Below are positions 38,236 through 47,134 of a stretch of 64,000 nucleotides of DNA, piece by piece; within the stretch, counting starts at the first letter, position 1, and each line of letters begins with the position of its first letter. The DNA comes from a virus. Position numbers and translations under genes: made by a program. A model generated the notes under the pieces. That model had not been told where the DNA came from, ran no database searches, and was given only the letters and a program-made list of their open reading frames with translations. Location of the stretch: IMG/VR virus record IMGVR_UViG_3300034064_000912, positions 4,209 through 68,208 of that record; one strand, given 5' to 3'.

Positions 38236-38834
38236 CCTCTATCTTTCAGACATTATCAGAAAAAGCACAAAATGCTAAGATAAATCCAAAGAATGCAATT
38301 GTATCACGGGAATGGTATAGAAATACAGCTGCTAAGATTCAACAAATAAACAATAACCGTGTTATAGATCCTAAAAATGTTAGAAGTAATCTAAATACTC
38401 AAAATATTGGTCAAATGTTTATGTTCTTTTATGATCCTAAAAATAAACAATCTCTTCCATATTATGACAGATTTCCTTTAGTATTTCCTGTAGAACTATA
38501 TTCAGATGGTTTCCTTGGAATTAATTTACATTATTTGCCACACAAATACAGAGCAAATCTAATGGATGCTTTATACTCAACTATAAATAATAACAAGAAT
38601 GATAAAACTACACATCTTAGAATAAATTACGAAATATTAAGGTCAGCATCTAAAATGAGATATTTTAAGCCATGCTTAAAGAGATATCTATCAGCACATG
38701 TACTTCAGAAATTTCTATACATAGATCCTGAAAACTGGGATAAGTGTCTAATGCTTCCTACAGAACGTTTTGCTAAAAAGAGTAAGTCATATGTTCAAGC
38801 TGAAAGCACACGTATGGTAGCTGGAAGACTATAA
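38229..38834 (+). CDS. gp2: DNA end protector gp2
   Basis: MFFYDPK.K..LPYYDRFPLV...GFLGINLHYLP; KPCLKRYL. Confidence 0.93.
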   Translation: MVTSIFQTLSEKAQNAKINPKNAIVSREWYRNTAAKIQQINNNRVIDPKNVRSNLNTQNIGQMFMFFYDPKNKQSLPYYDRFPLVFPVELYSDGFLGINLHYLPHKYRANLMDALYSTINNNKNDKTTHLRINYEILRSASKMRYFKPCLKRYLSAHVLQKFLYIDPENWDKCLMLPTERFAKKSKSYVQAESTRMVAGRL

Positions 38835-39628
38835 TGTTTAATGTAGCAGATTTCAAAAGCTATCTATCAGGAACAGGCACTCTACCTACAAACAGATTTT
38901 CTGTAGAGATTCCTGTACCAAGAGTTTTATTTGGTGCAGAAGTAGTAGTAAATAACTGGAGAAGACCAATGCCAGGCTTTACTGAAGATTTGCAGTTTAG
39001 AGCAGAATCTATTACTGCACCTGGTGTTTCATTAGATATGACTAATGTCAATAGATATGGTATTGGTCCAATTCAGAAATTTCCATTTAATGCTAATTTT
39101 ACACCAGTTTCTATAACATTTTTAGCTGATAAAGATAGTCTTGTTTGGATATTCTTTTATAACTGGCTAAACAACATTTTTTCATATAGTCATGATGATA
39201 CAAATCCAAATGCAGACTTTTTAAGATATCGTGCTAACTACATGGTAGACTATGTAGTAGATCCTAAAATAAATGTATATGATTATGATAAAGTATTGTC
39301 TACTACTATACAACTTATCGATGCTTATCCAATAAGTATGAATGATATAAATTTATCATGGAGTGATAATAATCAACTGATGCGTATAACAGTGACATTT
39401 GCTTATCGTCACTGGAGAATAACAAATGCTGTAATGGCTGATAATTCTACCAAGAGTCCTGGGGTTGCATCACTTAGTATTCCACAGAGATCAAATCCAT
39501 TAAGTACTACAAAATATTCATCAAATACATTTACAAATACTCTTGGTGAAGAAGTATATACCGGCGGTGCCGGTGCATCAAGAGGCAATCGTAATAGAGC
39601 TATTAGAACAATTAATAATCCGGATTAA
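38834..39628 (+). CDS. tail tube initiator gp54/gp19-family protein
   Basis: NRFSVEI, FRAESITAPG, L.DAYPISM..I.LSW...NQLMRITVTFAY. Confidence 0.75.
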   Translation: MFNVADFKSYLSGTGTLPTNRFSVEIPVPRVLFGAEVVVNNWRRPMPGFTEDLQFRAESITAPGVSLDMTNVNRYGIGPIQKFPFNANFTPVSITFLADKDSLVWIFFYNWLNNIFSYSHDDTNPNADFLRYRANYMVDYVVDPKINVYDYDKVLSTTIQLIDAYPISMNDINLSWSDNNQLMRITVTFAYRHWRITNAVMADNSTKSPGVASLSIPQRSNPLSTTKYSSNTFTNTLGEEVYTGGAGASRGNRNRAIRTINNPD

Positions 39629-39641
39629 TACATTATAAGGT

Positions 39642-40358
39642 TTGATTATGACATTACCTAAAATACAGCATCCTACATTTAAAATTGTTGTTCCATCTAC
39701 TAAGAAACAATTATTATTTAGACCATTTTTGGTAAAAGAAGAAAAAATTCTTCTTATTGCTAAAGTTGGTGAAGATTCAACTGATATTTTATCAGCAATA
39801 AAACAAGTTGTAAATAATTGCTGTGAAGAAAAGAACTTCAATATTAATAAACTAACTATTTTTGATATTGAATATATCTTTTTAAAGATTAGAGCTAATT
39901 CTGTAAGTAATAAGGTAAATCTTACTTTTAAAGATTTAGAAGATGAAAAAGAATATACTTTTGAAATTGATTTAAATACTGTAGAAGTAGAATATCCAAA
40001 AAACGTTGATAACAGAATTATTATTGATGAAAAAGTGGGTATTATAATGAAGTATCCAAGCGCATCGATATATGATGATAAAGACTTTATGAAACTTGGT
40101 AAAGATTCATTATTTGAATTAATCATTCGATGCATAGACAAAATCTATAAAAATGATGAAATGTTTGATACTTCTAGTTACACAAGAGATGAATTAATTG
40201 AATTCTTAGATAACTTGAATGTTAATACATTTGAAAAGATACAGCAATTTCTTACTGACTCACCTACTATGAGATATGTGATAAATTATAAAAATTCACT
40301 TGGAAATGATCGTAAAATTGAGCTAACGACTCTAACTGATTTTTTTACATTGCGCTGA
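39642..40358 (+). CDS. gp26: baseplate hub assembly protein gp26
   Basis: LPKI..P.F...VPST...FRPFLVKEEKILL; FDIEYIFLKIRA.SV; ends L.DFF. Confidence 0.92.
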   Translation: MIMTLPKIQHPTFKIVVPSTKKQLLFRPFLVKEEKILLIAKVGEDSTDILSAIKQVVNNCCEEKNFNINKLTIFDIEYIFLKIRANSVSNKVNLTFKDLEDEKEYTFEIDLNTVEVEYPKNVDNRIIIDEKVGIIMKYPSASIYDDKDFMKLGKDSLFELIIRCIDKIYKNDEMFDTSSYTRDELIEFLDNLNVNTFEKIQQFLTDSPTMRYVINYKNSLGNDRKIELTTLTDFFTLR

Positions 40359-40531
40359 GTCATAATACTCTAGAAAATTATTATAAGACTTTATTTGGTC
40401 TGGCTCAGCATCATAAATATAGTATTAACGATTTAGAGAATATTATACCATTTGAATTAGATATATATGTAAATATGTTGAAAGAATACATCCGTGAGCA
40501 AGAAGAAAAACAAAGAAACAGCGGAATGTAA
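40340..40531 (+). CDS. gp51: baseplate hub assembly catalyst gp51; no ATG at the 5' end, probably expressed by -1 frameshift from gp26
   Basis: Frame reads FFYIALSHNTLENYYKTLFGLAQHHKYSINDLENIIPFELDIYVNML..., a gp51 signature; missed by the ORF track. Confidence 0.85.
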   Translation, partial: FFYIALSHNTLENYYKTLFGLAQHHKYSINDLENIIPFELDIYVNMLKEYIREQEEKQRNSGM

Positions 40532-42981
40532 TGAAAAAAAAACGCGGTAGGAAGTCAAAACAACAAACAGATAATTTCAACACAAAAGAAGGTGTATTGA
40601 AATTCGTTGATGATATGTTCGATAATAAAACATCAGCATCAAATTCATCTGACACGAAACAATCTGCTAAGATTATTGATATACGCAAATTTGCTCAAGA
40701 AAAAAGTAAAGGCGCAACAGGTGGAGCGCTTAAGCAATTAGATCCAATTATTCGTAAAATAAGCGGTGATTCTAAAAAAACTGACAGTGATACTATAGCA
40801 ATTAAAAAAAATATTAATGATAATGCTTCATCCATAAGACGTGTATCTTCTTCTGTAAGTATTTTAGAAACACGTGTAGGAGATTTAACCGAGCAATCTA
40901 ATAAAACACTTGGTATGCTTGGAGATTTAATATCTGAATTCAATAAATTTAAAAATGAAACCAGTAAACAATTTGAAAAAATAAGTAAACAATCAGATAG
41001 TTCAAGCGGTGGTATACTTGGCACTATAAGTGATTTAACATCTGGAATACAAAATAATAAATCCAAAGCAAATGCCGCAAAAGCTCCAGCCAAAACTGTA
41101 TCTACAGCAAATAGTGCATTGAAATCGGTAAGCTCAGCCGCTAAACTTGGTCTTAAAACACTTCCTGGTGTTGGCGGCCTAGTAAGTGGTGTGGCTGAAT
41201 ATATGGAAGGTGGTGAATTAGGTCGTTCAATTGCAGCTGGTGCTGGCACTATTCTGGGTGGTATACTCGGCGGTGTTCTTGGATCTGCTCTTGGCCCTGT
41301 TGGTACCGCTGCTGGTGGTTTGGCTGGTTCAATGGCTGGGGAAGAATTAGCTAAATCTGGGTATGACTGGATTTTTGGTAAAAAGAAACCGGCAGAATCT
41401 GATGCTATAAAAAAATCGCGTGAAGATCGAGAAAAACCGAGTGATTCTAAGTCTGGCACATCAGTATCTTCTCCATCTCCTGGTATGACACCTGGTGTGA
41501 CAACAACAACTGCTGGTAATGGATTATCTGGCGATAAATCGCAACCACAACTAAAAGGTATAGGCGAAACCGGTAATGCTACAGAAGCTATAAACTATTT
41601 TACACAAAATGGTTGGACACGCGAGCAAGCAGCTGGAATTGTAGGAAATCTACAGGCAGAGTCCGGACCAAATATGAAAACTGACTCAATAGGTGATGGT
41701 GGAAAAGCGTATGGTATAGCTCAATGGCACCCAGATCGTCAAGCAGTCTTTAAAAAAGTATATAATAAAGATATAAGAGAAGCTGGATTTAAAGAGCAAT
41801 TAGCATATGTTAATTGGGAATTAAATAATACAGAAATCGCAGCTGGTCGTGCTTTAAGAGCAGCAAAAACTGCAGAAGAAGCTGCTGATTTAATTAATAG
41901 ACTATATGAAAGATCAGCAGATAAAACAGGTCAGCGCGCTGCTAATGCTATTGCTTTAATAAAAAATAATCAACAAGCAGTTTCACCAACAGCGGCGCCG
42001 GAAGGCACTTCAGCGCCAAATGCAGTGCCAGTAGAAACCGGTGTAGCTACACCTGGTGAAACTTTTGTTAAACCGGTTGCCGGTAATGCACCAGTAACTG
42101 GCAGTGATTCGTCAACAACCTCAACACAGGGTATTAACAAAGGTATTGCAGAAAAAATATCATCAATTGAATCTAGCTTTGGTAAACTTAGTGTAACAAG
42201 CGGTTATAGAGATCAAAAGAAAAATGATGCGGTGGGTGGCGCTAAAAATTCAGCGCATACAAGAGCAAATGCTGTTGATGTTACATTTAGTGGTGATGAA
42301 GTTAAGACATTAAAACTTGTAGAAATTGCATCTAAAGCTGGTATTGGTGGAATAGGTGTATACAAACCAGGTGTTGTACATCTAGATACAGAATCACGCA
42401 GAGTATGGGGCCCAGATTTTACACAAAATTCAATTCCTAAATGGGCAGCCGGTGCATTACAGGCTCATATGACTGGGCAATGGGGTCAGTATGATGCTAC
42501 TGCTGCAGGAACAAAAGCAAATATTTCTGAAACAGGTAATACAAATACTACGAGTCCAGGCAGATCTACAACTTCTTTTGAAGGTAGTACTGCTGGTTTA
42601 AGTGGTATGAATTTCAAAGGAATGGGTGCAACTTCTCAAGGTATGTCATCGGGATCTATACAGACATCTAAAGCACAGATTCCTGGTCCACTTGGCATGG
42701 TAACTAGAACACCTGGAATAGGACAAATGGCTGGTCTAATAAGCACTGTGTCAACTGGTGGTTCATTAATACCAAAATCTCCAATGGATATGATTGGCAT
42801 GTTTGGAAGTATACTTAATGCTATAAGCAGCGGCAAAAATAATAATGTAAGAGCACCAAATCCTACATTTACACCAGATGCATATCAGAATAATAATGTT
42901 CCGCCAGCTTTGCCTTCACAGCAAATACTAAGTGAACTATTTGATATGAAAAATGCACCAGATTATAATCCAGGTGGATAA
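40531..42981 (+). CDS. tape-measure/gp29-position protein with phage tail lysozyme and peptidase M15 domains
   Basis: Coiled-coil and Gly-rich N-terminal half; QAAGIVGNLQAES...AYGIAQW (Phage_lysozyme2-like); VTSGYRD..N.AVGGAKNSAH...AVD...GIGVY...HLD (M15). Confidence 0.75.
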   Translation: MKKKRGRKSKQQTDNFNTKEGVLKFVDDMFDNKTSASNSSDTKQSAKIIDIRKFAQEKSKGATGGALKQLDPIIRKISGDSKKTDSDTIAIKKNINDNASSIRRVSSSVSILETRVGDLTEQSNKTLGMLGDLISEFNKFKNETSKQFEKISKQSDSSSGGILGTISDLTSGIQNNKSKANAAKAPAKTVSTANSALKSVSSAAKLGLKTLPGVGGLVSGVAEYMEGGELGRSIAAGAGTILGGILGGVLGSALGPVGTAAGGLAGSMAGEELAKSGYDWIFGKKKPAESDAIKKSREDREKPSDSKSGTSVSSPSPGMTPGVTTTTAGNGLSGDKSQPQLKGIGETGNATEAINYFTQNGWTREQAAGIVGNLQAESGPNMKTDSIGDGGKAYGIAQWHPDRQAVFKKVYNKDIREAGFKEQLAYVNWELNNTEIAAGRALRAAKTAEEAADLINRLYERSADKTGQRAANAIALIKNNQQAVSPTAAPEGTSAPNAVPVETGVATPGETFVKPVAGNAPVTGSDSSTTSTQGINKGIAEKISSIESSFGKLSVTSGYRDQKKNDAVGGAKNSAHTRANAVDVTFSGDEVKTLKLVEIASKAGIGGIGVYKPGVVHLDTESRRVWGPDFTQNSIPKWAAGALQAHMTGQWGQYDATAAGTKANISETGNTNTTSPGRSTTSFEGSTAGLSGMNFKGMGATSQGMSSGSIQTSKAQIPGPLGMVTRTPGIGQMAGLISTVSTGGSLIPKSPMDMIGMFGSILNAISSGKNNNVRAPNPTFTPDAYQNNNVPPALPSQQILSELFDMKNAPDYNPGG

Positions 42982-42982
42982 A

Positions 42983-43008
42983 AAAAAGGACCCAACTGGG
43001 TCCTTTTT
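42983..43008. terminator. bidirectional intrinsic terminator
   Basis: AAAAAGGACCC-AACT-GGGTCCTTTTT between convergent genes. Confidence 0.9.
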
Positions 43009-43011
43009 GTT

Positions 43012-43902
43012 TTAGGAAGCTAACTTCCGGAAGAAATTAAGATCATCATCTTTTTCGTTTGCTTCATCCATTACTGGAGATGGAGCAACACGCGATCTTG
43101 ACTGTGGAGGAGCAATAGTATCTTCCTGCTCCATAACATTTGAAGTGCGTCCTTCCATAGGAGTTGAAAGTACGCGGGTTAGCTTTTCCTTAAGCTCTTC
43201 ATACGTCTTAAAGTTAGATGGCTTCAAGAATTCCTGTAGTGAGTATTCCTGTGAGTGAATCATCTCTAGCTTACTATCATCCTTATGAAGTACTGAAGGA
43301 TTCATGAAAGCTGACTTATCGTAGTTGCGATATCCTTCAACATTACGAATCTTAAGTGCGAGATTTGCGCCTTCCCAGAAGTCAAATGGATTTAGCGGCT
43401 TTTCATCAGGAAACTGAGGATTCATAACCTCATTCAACTTATCAAAAATCTTCTTACCATACTTGAATAGAAAAACCTTACCATTATTCTCTGGATTTCC
43501 ATGATCTTCAACAACATAGATATTAGAGATAAAGTGAAGACGTCGCTTCTGCTTACGCGCGGTATCCTTATCAGACTCTACACCAGAATTCCAGAGAGCC
43601 GAATTTACTTCACTAACTGGATCTTTCTGTCCAATTGTAGTAAGAGAGTTTTCAATATACCAAGAACCAGATGGACCCTTGAAACCATGATCAAAGATAC
43701 GTACAAAGGGAACTTCTTCATCTCCTGGTGCAGGAAGAAATCTAATGACTGCATAACCATTGCCAACCTTATCTACAGTTGGTGCCCAAAATCGCTCGTC
43801 ATTCTTGCGCTCATACTTAGCATTAAGCTTCTCAAGCTCTGATGTCAAAGTCGAAAGTGACTGTTCACCGCGCATTGCCTTAAGTCGTGCAAAATCTACC
43901 AT
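43012..43902 (-). CDS. gp32: single-stranded DNA-binding protein gp32
   Basis: DERFW.P..DKVGNGYAVIRFLP, WYIENSLTT.G..DPV, KYGKKIFDK, RNYDKS.F, acidic tail; start set at MVDF (43902) by the GGAG SD. Confidence 0.95.
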   Translation of the reverse strand: MVDFARLKAMRGEQSLSTLTSELEKLNAKYERKNDERFWAPTVDKVGNGYAVIRFLPAPGDEEVPFVRIFDHGFKGPSGSWYIENSLTTIGQKDPVSEVNSALWNSGVESDKDTARKQKRRLHFISNIYVVEDHGNPENNGKVFLFKYGKKIFDKLNEVMNPQFPDEKPLNPFDFWEGANLALKIRNVEGYRNYDKSAFMNPSVLHKDDSKLEMIHSQEYSLQEFLKPSNFKTYEELKEKLTRVLSTPMEGRTSNVMEQEDTIAPPQSRSRVAPSPVMDEANEKDDDLNFFRKLAS

Positions 43903-43969
43903 TTTATTTCTCCGTATTAATGTGTATTGTTGTATTGAACATATTTTCTTAGGACAGCGTGTCCTCAAT

Positions 43970-43977
43970 TATTTATA
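43970..43977 (-). promoter_or_regulatory. late promoter TATAAATA upstream of gp32
   Basis: Exact consensus. Confidence 0.65.
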
Positions 43978-43979
43978 TG

Positions 43980-44561
43980 TCAATCTTGCATCTTGAATGT
44001 GTCAAGAATAATTTGTTTATATTTTGTTGTATCAATATCCATGAATGGCATATACTTTGCAATCTTATGCGATAGTTCATCCCACACAGGATCATCAGCC
44101 ATTTTCTTATTCCAATGTTTTATACACCCTGTAAGTGTACATATAATACAAAGTGTTTCAAACATAATCTCACCAGATAAGTACTGTACTACTATTTTAG
44201 GATGTGTATTAGCCTCCACAATTAAGTTAGAATTAAAATCGGAGTTTAATTTTCTAAGATCTTGTTTAAACATATATGACATAGACTGCTTTTTCTTAAG
44301 CCAGTCTGCATACTTTATTTCTGCTTGTTTATCATATGCAAGTGTTCTAATCCATATCTTTGGATTATCTAGAATATTAACCATCAAAAAATTAAGTGGA
44401 TCATTATGCTTTGCAATTTTAGCAAAAAAGATCTTATCATTTCGTTTTTCAAATGATTCTGGTTTGAGTTTAGTTTGACCTTTATAATGAAAATAGTTAT
44501 AGTCAGAAGTAAAATGCAGTTTTAAAGCAGAATAAGTCTTATAAACTTCAAATGGGCTCAT
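43980..44561 (-). CDS. gp59: helicase loader gp59
   Basis: FEVYK.Y.ALKLHFT.DYNYF.Y.G...SFEKR.DK.FF; HP.I...YL.GEI..ET. Confidence 0.88.
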   Translation of the reverse strand: MSPFEVYKTYSALKLHFTSDYNYFHYKGQTKLKPESFEKRNDKIFFAKIAKHNDPLNFLMVNILDNPKIWIRTLAYDKQAEIKYADWLKKKQSMSYMFKQDLRKLNSDFNSNLIVEANTHPKIVVQYLSGEIMFETLCIICTLTGCIKHWNKKMADDPVWDELSHKIAKYMPFMDIDTTKYKQIILDTFKMQD

Positions 44562-44725
44562 GGCTGCTTATCTAGAATATCTTTAAAAAAATGCTTAAGT
44601 TTTTGATCAAAATCGGTGTGTGATAATGTTATTTTTGCAATATAAAGATTATGAATCTCATCCAAGAATCGGCTCGTGGTCATAGAATTCATAGACTTTC
44701 TATCATCAAATTCAAATTTATTCAT
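44558..44725 (-). CDS. hypothetical 55-aa protein (not in the ORF track)
   Basis: MNKFEFDDRK...DILDKQP fills the gap with ATGA overlaps at both ends. Confidence 0.6.
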   Translation of the reverse strand: MNKFEFDDRKSMNSMTTSRFLDEIHNLYIAKITLSHTDFDQKLKHFFKDILDKQP

Positions 44726-45189
44726 ATCTTACCTTTTTCTATCATATCATTTATGAATCTAATATAAAGACCAAATTCTCTACCAGCAGCATCTATTTCC
44801 CATGGTTGATCCCAATAATCTACTTCATTTATGTCATATTTTTTGCCGTTAAATTTCACTAAATGATGCATGGTTTTTCTATTATAATGCACATATTGGT
44901 ATGATGCATATTGATGTGCATGTACCATTTCATGCGCAAGAGTAATAAGTAGTGGTTTTTGACTCAATTTTTTATTGATAAAAATATCATACTTGTATTT
45001 ACACTGTTTTGGATTTTTATATGTGCATTCGCCAAAAAGATCCATGGACAAAGGTGCAATATGTATGGTCAATTTCATTTTTCTATATATTTTACTACCA
45101 AAAAGATGGCGACCATACCATCTAGCTGCAAACTTTATTAGTTTTTTATTTACTTTCTTGGTGGTTCTGCCCTTGATAGTAAGCTGCAT
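44722..45189 (-). CDS. putative zinc metallopeptidase (HExxH)
   Basis: TLAHEMVHAHQY...YWDQPWEIDA. Confidence 0.75.
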   Translation of the reverse strand: MQLTIKGRTTKKVNKKLIKFAARWYGRHLFGSKIYRKMKLTIHIAPLSMDLFGECTYKNPKQCKYKYDIFINKKLSQKPLLITLAHEMVHAHQYASYQYVHYNRKTMHHLVKFNGKKYDINEVDYWDQPWEIDAAGREFGLYIRFINDMIEKGKI

Positions 45190-45228
45190 AGAATCTCCGA
45201 GTAGTATTCATGAGTATATATACTACTT

Positions 45229-45480
45229 TTAGATTGGCAGTTTAGCGCCTTTCTTCTTCATAAAATTAAGATCTTCTGCTTCTTGTCTGATTCTAGACTT
45301 AAGAACACGATTATTTTTGACTATAGAAGATACAGTTTCAACTTCTAGTCCTTTTGCTTCACACCAATATACAACTGATTCCATGTAACTAAGATTGAGA
45401 GATTGATGAATAGTTTCAATATCAGAAATAAATTCTGTAATATTAATTACGCCCACAATACAACTCCCAAAATTAAACAA
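45229..45480 (-). CDS. gp33: late promoter transcription co-activator gp33
   Basis: F..DIE...LSYMESVVYWCE..GLEVE...LKSRI..EAEDLNF. Confidence 0.85.
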   Translation of the reverse strand: MFNFGSCIVGVINITEFISDIETIHQSLNLSYMESVVYWCEAKGLEVETVSSIVKNNRVLKSRIRQEAEDLNFMKKKGAKLPI

Positions 45481-45486
45481 TTTACT

Positions 45487-45975
45487 TTATGCAATAGTAA
45501 AAATGGCATCAAATCCCTCTTCTTTATTTGGAAAATCAAAATTAGAAATCATATCATCAATAACATTTTGTGGAATATACTTCCCAGGTCTAGAAGCAAG
45601 TCGGTGCTGCCATTCATCTTTTTCAGGTGTAGGAAAATAATATGCATACTTAGAATAATGCTCAGGCACCTGAGACATTAAGCGTTTACGTGATGCACGT
45701 GTAAGATTAGTTCTATCAATAATAATATCATTCTTGTTTTTAAGAGCAATAGCCAACTGCTTATTAAAACGTTTAGTTGCTTCATCAATAAAAAGTTTAA
45801 ATCCCTGGGTATAAGTAATTCCCTGCAAGGCACACATTTTTTCTACAATAGCGTCTGTAGAAAGAACTATTGTACCTGGATTCTTATTGTTATTGATGTA
45901 GGTAGACTTGCCAACACCCGGCAAGCCTACCAATACAATAAATGAATGAATATTCTTAGACATTATTATTACCAA
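45487..45975 (-). CDS. P-loop kinase (AAA_33/polynucleotide kinase-like)
   Basis: LVGLPGVGKST, STD, IIIDRTNLT..SR. Confidence 0.8.
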   Translation of the reverse strand: MVIIMSKNIHSFIVLVGLPGVGKSTYINNNKNPGTIVLSTDAIVEKMCALQGITYTQGFKLFIDEATKRFNKQLAIALKNKNDIIIDRTNLTRASRKRLMSQVPEHYSKYAYYFPTPEKDEWQHRLASRPGKYIPQNVIDDMISNFDFPNKEEGFDAIFTIA

Positions 45976-47099
45976 TCGTGTTTAATAATAGTATTACATT
46001 TTTGAAATGATCGATTAGATCCAAGATGTGACATTACAAAAGTAATTACTGATTCAATAGTGCATCGACTATCCCAATTAGCAAATACAAAAGTTCTCAT
46101 AGTGTCATCAATATGCTTAAAGTTGAGAGCAAAATCTTTACGAGTTACTGTTTTTTTATGAAGATCTTCCAAAATATAATTAACTTCATCACAAAATACA
46201 GTAATATCATGCATAATATCAGTTGCAAACTTTTTAAGTCGTGCCTTATCAACATCAGAAAGCAATGAATAAAGATCATCTACTTTATTATCAAGAATAA
46301 GAGCAATTACATCTTTTTCATTTTCCAAAAGAGACTTAGCACGATGAAGTGACACATACGTATCAGTTTTTAGCTTTACCATGTGTCCATCGTCAAATCT
46401 AATAACTACTCCCTCAATATCTTCTCTCTTACGCAGTTCCTGTATAAATGTATCTAGATCAGAAATAGGTTCCATGGTCTGTACCATGGGAATTTGCAAA
46501 TCATGACATAGTCGATCAAATGAAACATACTCTCCAGTTTCATTATCACGCACAGCAATAAGAACAAGGCGATCTTCAGGATAGTCAATAACAATCTGCT
46601 GCGAACGTGAGCACCACTCAAAAATAGGAGTACAGTCTTGCTCAATTACATTCAACACAAATCGTTCATAAGGAATAGTAGATTTAGATACAAATTCTGC
46701 TGCCTGCGCACTGACATCAGTAATACCCATCTTAGTAGCCCAATTCAATTGGCTATTAATCATCAATGGAGTTATCATAGAACCATCTAGCTTTTCAAGA
46801 ATTACATGATGCTTAGACAAATCAATCATGGACACGTCTTCACGTTCACCGAAATTGAAAAACTTATGAAGACGCCGTGATAGAATTTTACCATCAGTAT
46901 CAAAGATAAGCCCGCGCATTTCACGCATTACTGCAGTACGACGATCGATCACTTGTGGATGAGTGTCTTTTCCTGCAACTAGATAATTGGCAACTACATA
47001 GCCATCACGCTCGCCAATATAAAAATTGGGATTGTCATTAACAATTGCTTGAACTTCTTCAAGCGTTATATTTTTGGGGAATTCATAATGTAAAGTCAT
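45969..47099 (-). CDS. rnlA: RNA ligase 1
   Basis: REMRGLIF, HKFFN, EKLDGSMI (motif I), FEW, EGVVI, KLKT. Confidence 0.88.
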   Translation of the reverse strand: MTLHYEFPKNITLEEVQAIVNDNPNFYIGERDGYVVANYLVAGKDTHPQVIDRRTAVMREMRGLIFDTDGKILSRRLHKFFNFGEREDVSMIDLSKHHVILEKLDGSMITPLMINSQLNWATKMGITDVSAQAAEFVSKSTIPYERFVLNVIEQDCTPIFEWCSRSQQIVIDYPEDRLVLIAVRDNETGEYVSFDRLCHDLQIPMVQTMEPISDLDTFIQELRKREDIEGVVIRFDDGHMVKLKTDTYVSLHRAKSLLENEKDVIALILDNKVDDLYSLLSDVDKARLKKFATDIMHDITVFCDEVNYILEDLHKKTVTRKDFALNFKHIDDTMRTFVFANWDSRCTIESVITFVMSHLGSNRSFQKCNTIIKHDW

Positions 47100-47104
47100 A
47101 ATTA

Positions 47105-47134
47105 ATATTACACCAATTATTAGTATAAGTACAC
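47105..47134 (-). promoter_or_regulatory. early-type promoter GTGTAC-N18-TAATAT
   Basis: One of five copies of a conserved motif resembling T4 early promoters (GTTTAC -35). Confidence 0.55.

Noticed and set aside
43903-43968. N-terminal extension MRTRCPKK... of gp32
   Set aside because: SD and homology place the start at 43902; the extension is leader sequence
39578-44478. Opposite-strand ORFs 39578..40141, 40695..41459 and 43993..44478
   Set aside because: Antisense to well-supported gp26, tape-measure-position and gp59 genes
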